Origin: Microthyrium microscopicum
Lineage: Eukaryota
Length of the DNA stretch: 64,000 nucleotides
Assembly (NCBI GenBank): GCA_010405405.1
Contig: MU004234.1
Location: 1,577,275 to 1,641,274, forward strand
Direction of reading: 5' to 3'
Below are positions 52,401-64,000 of this stretch, piece after piece. The notes under the pieces are model-generated. The model was given only the letters and a program-made list of their open reading frames with translations, was not told the DNA's origin and made no database searches. The number at the start of each line of letters is the position of its first letter. Within the stretch, counting starts at the first letter, position 1. Position numbers and translations under genes: made by a program.

Positions 52401-52614
52401 TAAAGAAGGAGCCAGTCAGTATTACTGCATACACGTGGAGTAAAGCATGTCCGTAGTTTCCAAAATAGGCAATGTTATTCAGGAAAATGGGAAGGCGCGC
52501 AGCATCTGTTTGGCCTTGGTGCGCAGGCGTGGCGGACAATCGAACATTGAAGCAGGAGGAATGGGGACGAAAGGGGAAACGAGGGAAAGAACTAGCGGGT
52601 CAAAATACCTCCAT
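49450..52614 (-). CDS. ZDS1: Zds1-like protein (Zds_C domain; PP2A-Cdc55 regulator)
   Basis: Exons 52614-52609 (ME), 52399-49799, 49744-49450. Motifs YWVPARLHPELAPREF and RFSIMEERAIYRMAHIKLANPRRELYSQVLLSNFMYSYL. Confidence 0.9.
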
Positions 52615-54780
52615 GGCCTATGATGCCACCACTCATAAGAGATAGTATAGATAAATCTGTTTCCTCTTCATTACACGCGATCGGATGGGGCCAGTCGGCA
52701 GCGGTGTTGCTGTCGCTGTTAGGCAATGGGAGCTGGTCAATCTGGTGTCGTTGTGATGCTGGTCGTGTGCTGGGTTGAGTTGAAACACGCGCACGTCAGA
52801 GGTATCTAAGTAGACGGCCCTGGTGGAATAGAACAGCGGTTGATTGAAATGAATGGATTGGCGGCACGGCTCGTAGGATTGGGAGTGCGGAGGATGGGAA
52901 TGGTGAAGATGGTCAAGGCGATGATGATGGTGGAAAGAGTGGTAGTAGTTGGCAGCGAGGCCCAGTGTGTATGGAGTACAGGTAGCAGCGATCAAGCGTT
53001 CAAGGACTACTTGAATTAGGGGGTGGGAGCGTGTCTTGGGCTTCTTGCAGGACATGGACGCTGCAATTAATTGACTTTGGTGACAATCTACTGGCCTGTG
53101 GGCATACGCTGTACAGTTTAGCTCCCGGCGGAGAGGAGCGGAGCCATGGATAATTAAGGAAGCCTTTCCAACAAACTATGTGGGACTTTACATTTGATGC
53201 TCTCCAGTTCCACGCTCCAGTTTGAAGTATGTCGAAATAGGCCGATTAATCGTGCAAGAACCGCCTTATTCATCCCATATCTACCTCAGTTTTTGGCCTC
53301 TTCACCTCCCTGTTACTAGCGCCTATCATTCTCGTTTTTGTCCACTCTCTCGCAGCACAATTCGGGGTCCACCAACACCGCCCTTCCATTGGCGCCGCTA
53401 CCTCCATGTGGCTCATATAAGACAGCCTAAGCTCAACACAGCTGCCATTCAAGTCGCCACTCCCTATTATTATGCGCCTCTTGAGTGTGATATCATCAAA
53501 CTAGACGCGTCGCTATCAGAAAACAGCCAAAACAATCGTTACAAGGCTAGCATAGGGCAAACAACCCAATGCAGCGGCGAAAACATCAAATCGATCCTAC
53601 GAAAGTTACTTTCTAACCTCTTCTAACAAAGTATCTATCAAAAACCAATTAAAACCATGCCACTCAACTACCGCGAGAGGCGATGATAGACGCAGCTTCG
53701 CAATATCGAAAACACGCTTTGGCTCGTTCTCGGGCCTGTTCCCAATCTACAATTGATGAACATCCCCCATCAGGCTATTAATGCATACAATCATTGCAAA
53801 GTGTTTCTCCCCAGCACAGCGGATCCAAAGCACCAACGATTCCCAAAGCAGAGCGGATAGAAAATACGCGCTTATCCCTTTGTACACACACATGACCTCT
53901 TCATTCAACGACATTCCTCGCTCTCTCTCCAGTGATTATTCCGCCCAGCATAAAAGTTGTTCTTGCATGTTGTACCATGCAGCTCACACACCCCAGGTCC
54001 CCAAATACGACCTACCAGGTTCTATTTGTAGCACGCGAGCCAATTGGACGTGGTACACGGAGGAGCATGGCTCATGGAACACCATGCTATATCGCATCGC
54101 CGTCCCAGGTAACTGCGAGCCTACGACAGGCATAAAAAGTTTTGAACAGCAGGATTCCTTTTGCAAAGGAGATTCTCAGCTTGGAAATAGTCCACCACGT
54201 TAGCATTCCCGTGTTATATTATTCCCACATAGGCATCAGGGATATAAACCTGGTTTCTTTTTCTTTTTGTGAGTTCTAATAAAAGTCTTGATCTTGGTAA
54301 CCAACCACTTTTCAGCGGAAGATTTGTTCGAATCTCACCCTCGTTATTTACAAATACAAGTACAGCAAGTTATGCATATCATATGCATCTTTATATCGTA
54401 TAAAAGTTTTCGACTCTATTGATCATTCAAGGAGGAACATTGATTCGAGATATTCCGCGCGCCAAGGAAGGGCCCCCTGATTTCCCTTCTGAGTTCTCGA
54501 GGTTTGTTCTCAGCCTTTTTCGACTTCTTTGGGCAGGCTGTTCTCCCACGCGTGTGGCGTACTGATTGCAACGCCACTAATCACCGGCTCCCGCGGTGCC
54601 GCGCTTTTGGGTCGATGGCAAGATCTGCGGAAAATTGTTCCGAGAATGGGAAAAAGTCGGAGAAAAGAGCAAAGCGCGCTTGCGCCATGCTGCCGATTGA
54701 GTTTGTGCAGGAGTAGAGTTGGTCCAAAGCGTGTTTCAACGGCAAGAGTATGGAGGTTGTAGAAGATTGAGGAATTTTCA

Positions 54781-56803
54781 TCAAGATGCGTTGGAGCTCT
54801 TCTTCCAAAGGATAATTGCCGTGGCGAGGGCAGCCACAGCTGCACCACTGGCTAGGTACATGGACGTACGATCAGATGGTTCGTCGTTATCACCGCGTGG
54901 AAATGCAAGGGATGGGAACGATGCATATTCAGCAAGCTGTCAACGGTGTCAGGTGGATGCTTTCTTCAGGTACGAAAGTCAGGGTAAACTTACATGCGTG
55001 AACACCTCCTGGATGCTTTTCCACGTTACGCTGACATGTAGTGGGACCGCGAGACCGCTCTTGGTGCAGTACTCGTCAGGCTGCATTTCATATCGCTGCA
55101 TGGCCTTATCTTGATCTGCTTTGAGTGCCACAAAGATGGAGGGAAGGCCTTCAAGGGCTGGGTGTTTTGCTCGAAGCTCGGCGACGTGTGTGAAGCTATC
55201 CGGATCGCTGCTATCGTACGTATAGCACAACAAGTCGCATGCATCGAGTTTCGTCTGATTTTCCAGTACTGCGGTTTCCACCTCGCCTAGTTCGACAAGG
55301 ATCAGGTAACATTGCTTTCCTCCGGGTAGTTCTACGCTGTTTACTGCTGAGCGTGGTTTTATGGTCGGCGAGTGTGTGTCCGTGAATGGGCGTGCCAGGA
55401 AGGCGTCGAGCAAACTAGTTTTGCCGCTTCCAGAACCGCCCAGGATGTAGCAGAAAAAGACGCTGCGTTCCACGCGACCTGGTCGTCGCCGATTCTTGCG
55501 AGCTTTTGTAATGCGGAGAGCTGCAGTAGTGTTGGGATTCCGAGCATCGCCAGACTCGAAGCCAAGATATGCCAGGTACTCCAAAGTGGTTTTCGGTTCC
55601 TCAAACGTTGTCATGCTCCATTGCGCAAGCCATCCTTGTAGGGTTATATGTCCAGCTTCATTGCGTACAGCACAGCTCGGAAAAGCACTATCTATCCAAC
55701 TAGATGGCAAGCCCGGTGTAGGAGCAAATAGTGTTTCGAGTTCCTGGGCATTGAGTCCACCATCATTATCCTTGTCATGAAGAAGAAACAGGTCTACAAA
55801 GAATCTATAGCCTTGAGGGGCTAGTTCAGCAGACGCAAATGGTGGAATATTGAGCTTGGGATGTAAGAACGAATCGTGGAGAGAGAGACTGTCTGTGTAG
55901 TGAAATCTCCGTAGAATGGTCCATATAGTTTCATGCCGACCCTTCTCTGCGAATATCTTGTTCAGCAAGATAAATCCTTCCACATCAATGCCTTGATCTC
56001 CAACAGAACGCGGTAAAACCTTTTGTATACTTCTTTTTATGTCGACCAACTCTTCATCATCGAGGTCCTTTTCGAAGCATTTCAGCTGGAAAGCTCGAAG
56101 CTCTCCATCATCCAGATAACCGTCTTGATCTCTATCACAGAGATAGAATATGCGTTTCAAGGCAGCTACAGCTGCAGGTTTCAACGCGGCCTCCTTCGCA
56201 TCGTAAAGTGGAGCTATTGGGTGAGTTACAGCCTTTTGGCATAGGAAGAAGGTCTCGTGGATGTTGGAATGATCTTTCGCACTGATCCGTATGCAAGAGT
56301 CAATCTCCTTGAACTCGCTCATCAGACCTAGCATTTCACTGGGTTGGAAAGCAGCTGCGCCAGGCTCCGCGTGAAGGTCTGCTTTGGAGGCGCATAACAC
56401 TACCGGGACATTGACCCCCAATGTACGAAAAAAAGGTAGCCAAAAAAGCGCAACGCGCTCATAGCTGTAGTGGTCTGCGTAGACAAGAAGTATAACGCTA
56501 GCTTTGCGAAGCTCTTTCTTGAGGGTCTCGCGCTCGTGGGGCAGGGCGGAGGTATCGACTATGACGGTGGATATAGAGCTGGTGGAAGATGAAACAGAGA
56601 GATCATTGGCGGGGGTAGTAGGAAGAGTAATAGGAGGTAATACGGCTTGAAGGCGGGCGGAGACGAATGTGTCTTTGATTAGAGATGTTATGAGGGAGGT
56701 TTTGCCGGTGCCTTCATCGCCGCAAACACAGATGCGCACTGTATTAAAGGGTTAGAGCATATCCTAGTTGTGTTCACATAAAGCTAAACGTACCAGTGGC
56801 CAT
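54781..56803 (-). CDS. GEM1: Mitochondrial Rho GTPase (Miro)
   Basis: Exons 56803-56794, 56739-54993, 54936-54781. Two GTPase domains ([18 protein letters not shown]), two EF-hands (DRDQDG, DKDNDG) and a C-terminal tail anchor. Confidence 0.96.
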
Positions 56804-57618
56804 TGCAGCACTTGTATTTGTAAGGAAGATATCATATGGAAAGAAGTATGGACAAGGCAGCAATTTGAAGATGGAGGTTTATAAAAGACTAAAAGTAGAC
56901 CCTTGACATTTGGTGCCAGGTGGTGGAGCTTCAAAACAGACGCTAAAGTAGATCAATCTTATCTTATTCTACCCTATCTGCGGGTTACCGTTTGGTTATC
57001 CCCGGACCTTTTATCCAGTGAGAGAAATGAGAAATAGTTACTCGACTTCCCATCAACCACGCAATGTTGCGTTCCGGTGCGATGGAAAGGAACACCTTTT
57101 TTCTTCATACCTGCTGATGGCAGGAGCGAATAGAACCACGCCATTGATTCTTTCCAGCACTATTTAGAGCATAATGTCTACCTCGATTGATAAGCGGGAT
57201 GTTTCGTATATCAACAAATCCAAAGAACTTGAAAGAATAATGGCTTTCCAGATGTTGCTTGATTTATGAATTGCGGGGCAGCTTGCGCATAAGCTCCACC
57301 ACAAACTGCACGTCAACGTAATAGACTGACAGCAATAGCTAAATTTGGAGATGTAAAAGGCAGCAATTGATTGTTTCGGCTCAGCACAGGACTTGTACAC
57401 CCTTTCCGTTGTTGTACTTGGTGTTCGCAGGGTTATTGCCAGATGTAATGTGGAGTTCAACCGGGTACCTACGGTAGTCTAGTTCCCCAGTCTTTCGGCG
57501 AGGGCCTTGACAAGGCGCATTTACCACTGGTCCTTCAGCTAACCTCCATATTCTGCCTATATCCATCAACTTTACCCATCACCTTAGGGAACAGGAGCTA
57601 GATGGGCATATATCGATC

Positions 57619-60400
57619 ATGTTGTGCGTATATCCTTCTCAGACCCCTCACTCGCTTTGGTCTTTGCCATCAAATCTCCTTGTGGCTGCTTCTGGTGGAG
57701 CCTGTCCAATCACAATGTCTTGGCTGGTACCTGGGAGTGCGGAAGGTTGGTGGCAGCCTCCGAGGCTTTGAGGCTTGATGTGAAGCTTCCCTTTTTGGTC
57801 GCCAAATTGGCATGATCACCTCGACGTGGGAGCTTCCAGCTCTCCCTCTCCCCACGCATTCGCATCAAGATTCCGGCACCCAGGACAGCACCAGCACCAA
57901 TCTCTCTTGTATTACATGCGCATGCTTTTCTTAAGCTAATAGCGTTTTCACTATAGCATCTTACCACCCAATTATCCTAGCGGGTATCCCGCGGCGGGGC
58001 TTGATGCCGCGAGAGCCATGGAGACAAACAACAGACTCGAGACTTTGGAGGGCGAAGAGTATCAATTAAGTGTTGGCGAGGGTACTGTCTTCCCTCTCAT
58101 CTTATCATCATAAAGCTGCGGTTACTAACTGATAACAGGGACTTATCAATTGCGCGACAGCATAGCACTGGGTCAACCCAGTCTCCCTCACTCCGAACAA
58201 CAACCCCCTCCACCTCCCAATCCTCTCGATACGCGAATACAGGCTCCAATGGTCGGGACGAGGCTATCTATTATACTGTTTGGCCCAAAGAATGGCATGA
58301 CAATGGCGCCAAAACAAATTCGCCCCGACAGTCCCATCAGTACAGGAGATAATTCCAGTCAGACTGGAAGTCAACAAGACCAGCAAGACAGTCGTAGCAG
58401 CAACAGTATATCAATGTTTCGGGGTCCAGATTGGGGAGCTGAGATGCTTAGTGGACAAAAGACGCAAATACTCGGTCATGATAATCCTGCTCTGGCGCAA
58501 ACGAATGGAAAAGACACGAAAGACAGTAGAAAAGCAAAGAAGCCTAAAAACAACCTTGTGAAAACCAATTCGTCGTTCATTCAGAGGGTGTTACCGGCCG
58601 ACAATCTTACGAAAAGGTTAAACGACAGAAATGCTGAAGGCCTGCTGGTCTTCGCCAATGTTAATCGAGCCTTTCAATGGTTAGACCTAGCAGCGTCAGA
58701 GAAGTCGCAAAAGGTAATTGCAATTATTTTCTATGTGTGCAACAACATCAGACGTTGCTAACCCATCTAGGCTGATCCATTAACGAAGATACTCTTTGCC
58801 AAAGCTCACGCGCTTTGCCACGATGTCAATCAGCGCACATCGAATTCTAGTCATATTGATTTTATTATGGGATTTTCTACTGGTGATATCATTTGGTATG
58901 ATCCCATTAGCCAGAAATACTCGAGAATCAACAAAAATGTGAGCTTGAAAGTACCAAACCTTGACACGAGCGCAGTTAACATGATTACAGGGAACCATAA
59001 ACCCCAACCCAGTGTACGATATCAAATGGATACCCGGTTCGCCAAACCTTTTTATCGCTGCTCATTCGGATGGTACACTGGTAGTATACGATAAAGAAAA
59101 GGAGGACCAGGCTTTTGTTGCCGAGCACGCCGACGTTCCTGACATCGACTATAACAAGCCGCAACTACAAATTTTCAAATCAATACAATCACAAAACCAG
59201 AAATTTAATCCCGTTGCCTTCTGGAGAATCGCGAAACAACGAATAAATTCCTTTTCCTTTTCTCCAGATGCCAAAGTCATTGCAGCTGGTACAGAAGGAG
59301 GCAGATTATATCTTGTAGACCCTCACGAGGAAAAGATAACAGATCTGTTTCTCCCACTTTTTGGCGGTATACAAGCGATATGCTGGTCACCGGATGGCCG
59401 ATATATTCTCTCTGGAGGTCAAGATGATCTCGTACATCTATACAGCTTTGACGAGAAGGAATTGGTAGCTCGTTTCCAAGGACATAGAGGGTGGGTGAAT
59501 TGCATAGCGTTTGACCCATGGCGCTGTGATGGACGCAACTATCGATTTGGGAGTGTAGCCGACGACCGCAGACTGTTACTTTGGGATTTTAACGCATCAA
59601 TGCTTCAAAGACCTCGCGCGGTACGTAACTCCCCCAATTCTTGCTTCATTGCAATTCCAACCCCACAAAGCAATCAAGAATAAAGTCGCCAAGAAGGACT
59701 CGCACGACAAGAAATCACAGGACCTTTATATGCTGACGCGTCTATAGGTGTCAATTCGACAGCGAACAAGCGTGTCTTCTAACATAGACTTGAGAACTCA
59801 CTCTGAAAGTGTGAACGCGCGTCTGGCATCCAATGCTGAATTGGCGGACCGACTACATTCAAATATCGAAGTGGGACCTGACGTGGGAGTACATATTGCT
59901 AAGGGCTGGAATGCCGCACCCAAGGTTCCCGCTATCATGGTATGTTTATTTCACCTCTGTCGTATTCACTCTCCAACCCTCTAGAAATCCCTCATTTGCT
60001 CCGTGGATCTCTACTGACCAAACTCTTCAGGATCTTCAGGTTGACAACCATGAGTTATCCTGGATAGGATTCCATCAACAAGGCATCATCACCTCTTGTG
60101 GAAAAGGTAAGCTTGTCCGAGTGTTTTTCCTAGTCACTACGCCATCCCTCACAACCTCCCCCGCGTATTATTTAATCTATTTATATTATGGTTCTTGGCG
60201 GCTCAAAACGGGGAGTTCGGCAGCGGCTTGAGCAAGCTTCCCGCTGTCTGGTTTGTGGCGAAACTAGTCTTGTAGCCCTCATGACATCTCATGATATCTT
60301 CTGAGGCAGAAACTCGAAACAGAACAATTGACTGACGTATCGTGCCATAGGTCACATCCGAACATGGGATCGACCACAAGAACATCATTCGAATGTATGA
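57619..60400 (+). CDS. creC: CreC-like WD40 protein (deubiquitinase cofactor, WDR20/DMWD family)
   Basis: Exons 57619-57623, 57957-58081, 58139-58713, 58771-58938, 58991-59620, 59748-59939, 60031-60106, 60351-60400. Motifs [73 protein letters not shown] and GHIRTWDRP. Confidence 0.93.
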
Positions 60401-62869
60401 TGAAACGAAACGTCACGACTAAACTTGAGCAGCTTCCTACAATAGCTTACAAGCAGCGCAAATGCGCCAGCCAAGAGCTTTGGTTGATGACATGAATCAC
60501 GGTTGCTACCTTTCTTCCCAGGCCTTGCTGCTGATTCAAGGCACTACTGGACAGTTTTGATACCACTCTACGATACCTGAACAGGATTTTCTCTTGACTG
60601 CGCCACTCGAAGCTGGAAAAGGTAACCAGGACATCCATTATTGAGCAAATTATCAGCTCGGTCTGAGGATGATCGAGGCCCTAAATGCCCTTAAATGTTT
60701 TGAGCCGTCATAGAAGCTGGTTTCCAGGCTCAAGGTATGCTCCTATCAACGATCATCCATATTACTACCAGAAAGTTCAATAAAGTTTGGAAACCCAATC
60801 TCCGCCATATTGTTATTTCATGCAAGGGGAAACTAGTGTACAAACATTTGCAAGAACAACATGTGCGCGGAAAATACCTAGGCTTCACTGAAGTATATTT
60901 TAACGGACCGAACAGTAAACATTGACTTGATCCATCTAATGCCTTGGGCTCAATTATCAATTCGAAAGAGTACCCAACGTTCTTTGACATCATCCTCAAT
61001 CAATTGTAAGTGTCAATAATACGCCTTCCTAGCAACAAGCGGAAACGGCCCTTTTCCACTCCCACCGCTTTCATTTGCTTCGAGAAGGTTGAAAGCATAT
61101 CTTGCCACAGCCAAGCTTCACAATTTTCAATTTTCAGATTGCATGTCGTCAGTATTGCCGCGTTGCGGTTCCGTTATAAGAAAATGCTAGAGTGAATATG
61201 GATATAGCCAAGACGCCAGCGGGCCGTTCGTGCCGTGTAAACTACCACGAATAGTGACCAATGTCAGTGCTGTAAAAGCGATATTTTCTCCCCTCCGTTA
61301 TCGCTCAGGGTACAACTGTCACGATAGCATAATTGTGGCGTTGAGAAATAGTCCGATCTTATTCGTGATATCGGGAGACATCGGGCTTTTTGGGCAATCG
61401 GTTGCGACCCAAACGTTAAATCTACTGGGTCCAAGGCCTTATCCATCTCAGCCTCGCAACCTCGCGCTCCTTGCATGATGACCATGCATTAACCTTCCTA
61501 CCTATCGTGCCTGTCTATCTTGTTCCTGAAAACCTTTTCTTACTCGTCCTTCCAATCTCGACCTTTCATCTTGTTCTAGGTCTTCATTTGACATCCTATT
61601 TTCTGTTCTTTAGTCGCCAAGGAGGGCTATTCTCGCCATTCACAACTTTTGACTCGTCCAAAACTTGTTCTTATAATTTGGCTGATTTTGTTATTAAAGA
61701 CTTTCCCCATTGAGCAGCAATACCAGGCTACGATCATCGGATAGATTAAACCTTCGCCATCCTGACTCTTGTATTGGTGCGATCAACTCTGCCTCCAGGG
61801 ATCCTGTCCTTCCTTTCCTGATTGTCTAAAACACGCCTTCGGTTACTTGCCGTAGTCGCCCAGAGACTGTAGCCAGTATTTGGGGACATTATTGGACTCT
61901 TGGACACATCCTGCCCCATCTGGAGATCCTACACCCCTGGCATTATATGCGAGATTGTCTGACTGGCAGGTTAATGTTCTCATTGAGACCCTGCGTGTTC
62001 TGTCATCAGCAAACTACTCCACACTGGTGACTTGGTCCCAACATACTGCTCCTTCTATTATCAAACGGCTGTCCAAGAGCAGGATTCGCGGCCCCAACTT
62101 GGATCCTACGTATGCTCTATACTGGGATAAGATTGCTTCCATAGCCACAAAACCTGGGGAAAGCTCTGCTCAGATCCAGACTCAAACCTTTTTACTCGCC
62201 CATTGTCCCTTGGGACTGTTGCAACACCCTCATCAGTTGATCATCCTTTGCCGCAAGATCGGTCAAGGGCTTCCTTCTTGCAGTGCATCTTGACGAGCTA
62301 CCTTGTCGAATCAAGGGTAGGGATTGTGTTTCTCTCATCCCCATACTTTCACGTTGAGCAACATTGTGGAGTTCGTTTCGTTTTGCATCATATAATCTAG
62401 GCGCCCGCTGTTAAGTCAACGGTGTTTCTTTAGACGACCACTCCCATCAGAACGTTGGCAATCCCACGTTTCAGCCTATACCTCAACTTCAGGTCCAAAT
62501 ACTCCGAGAGCCAGCACATCATTTCTGAAGAGTCTCGACTTTTGATCTGAGCCTAGATTCTTGGTACCAAGCAGCCTTGAATTCCGATCAGCTTCTATAG
62601 ATTAACACTTCCCTGGCCGTGATCTCGGGTCTCCCTCTACAATACAACTCCGAACCGCTCATCACATCATTGATTCCGACTCACCGACATTCCACCAAGC
62701 CAATTATATATATTGCGCAAACCAGCTTACCATACAATCTCCCATGCAACGCAATAAGCTCGGACACCGCCTGGACTCTATTCTATTGCTGCCTTCTCGC
62801 ACAATCCAACAGATTAGGAAAACACGTACCGAATCCGTGCGGTAACCGTCTTAAAACTCTCTTAGTACC

Positions 62870-63065
62870 GTAAGTGAGGACTTGGGGCGAACAATTACAC
62901 CCTGGTTTTCGCTGCCTGAATCCTTAGCGAATTCCATCAAATTTCTCCTTTGGATCGCGGAACACCCAGACCAATTGTTCTTGACATTTGATCTAACCTG
63001 AAGTTGAAGGAGCCGCGGATGTTACATTGTCGCCACTCACCGCAAGGCTGATATTAACTTCTCAG
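62870..63065 (+). other. Probable 5'-UTR intron of the arrestin gene
   Basis: GTAAGT donor at 62870, ATTAAC branch-like site and CAG at 63065, about 90 nt before the ATG. Confidence 0.5.
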
Positions 63066-63153
63066 CATACGCATCTCCGAAAACGAGGCAACATTTTTCT
63101 CTCACCATAAACAAAATCTTCTTCACTCCGACTGGATATAGAATTTAACGACC

Positions 63154-64000
63154 ATGGCTGGTGTTTTCGGAGGCACCAAGCACTCGAAAAACATTGAAAT
63201 ACAGTAAGTTGTTCTTTGGAACTATCACTGCTCTAAGAAGTTGTTCTCTGACCAAATATTAGGTTGGATGACCCGTTCCCAGTCTTCTACGGTGACAGCC
63301 ATGAAGCAGAGCCTGTAGCTGTCTCCGGTGTTGTTATACTCAATAACCCCGATCATATGAATGTACGAGGAATAAAAATAAAGCTTGAAGGGAAATGGCG
63401 GGTCAATTGGACAATACCAGGAGCTCCAGGTAACAACAATGCGGCCCAAAATGTCGTACGAGACAAAGGAATTCTTGTTAGCGAAGAGCAACAATTCATT
63501 CCGGCTCCAGGAGCACCAGTAACCACGCATCGGATAGCTCCTGGGCGACATGAGTGGCGGTTCAAATTCATGTTGGATCCAAGTCTGCCCGAAAGTGTGG
63601 AAGGATTGTCATCGAGCTTCGTGGTGTACAACCTGACTGCAGAATTCGATCGTGGATACATGTCCAAATCGCTGACAGCAACGAAGCATGTTCGTGTTGT
63701 TCGAACTCTGAGTCAAGACATGACGGAAACAGTTCCATTTCCATATGTAAGTTTCTTAGAAACCTTGCAATGGTGAGATTCTAACAGAATATAGAGCAAC
63801 GAAGACACCTGGGCCGACAAGATCAAATATCACATCTACATACCCAGCCGATATTACGCGTTTGGTTCCACAGTACCAGTTCAATTCACTCTTCTACCTC
63901 TACGGAAAGGCGTGCGGATAGGAAAGATAAAAATGGAGGTTCTCGAACGAGTCGGCTTGGAAACAAGTAAACAAGGAGATCAAGCTCTAGCAACAACCCT
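63154..64000 (+). CDS. Alpha-arrestin, CreD/ApyA/Rod1-like Rsp5(HulA) adaptor; 3'-truncated by window edge
   Basis: Exons 63154-63203, 63263-63746, 63795->64000. Motifs GRHEWRFKFMLDPSLPESVEGL, KHVRVVRTL, SNEDTWADKIKY and PLRKGVRIG. Confidence 0.88.

Noticed and set aside
1..64000. CRISPR arrays, rRNA, tRNA, autonomous transposase or RT genes, secondary-metabolite cluster
   Set aside because: None was recognisable by eye; a short intron-containing tRNA could have been missed.

Overview
This is intron-rich filamentous ascomycete (Pezizomycotina) genomic DNA, so the ORF track shows only exon fragments; I rebuilt gene models by eye from GT..AG and branch-point motifs. About 22 protein-coding genes are supported: the C-terminal ankyrin part of a probable NACHT-ANK NLR-like gene, a group II G-alpha, two NmrA-like reductases, ERV41, saccharopine reductase (LYS9), a GAF-type hybrid histidine kinase, a SAM-only microprotein, GPI12, MOD5, an Egh16/DUF3129 secreted protein, a heme-thiolate peroxidase, two small secreted Cys-containing proteins, two small membrane proteins, SCP160/vigilin, Zds1, GEM1, CreC and a CreD-like arrestin. 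There is also a phosphotransferase pseudogene with RIP-like damage. The most notable non-coding signal is an unannotated ~225-bp element with long terminal inverted arms, present three times within 4.4 kb: upstream of ERV41, inside LYS9 intron 1 and upstream of LYS9. The intronic copy can form two mutually exclusive pairings next to the splice signals. A separate 303-bp hAT-type MITE with an 8-bp target-site duplication lies at 37487-37789. I saw no rRNA, tRNA or CRISPR. All alignments and RNA folds were done by eye and need computational confirmation.
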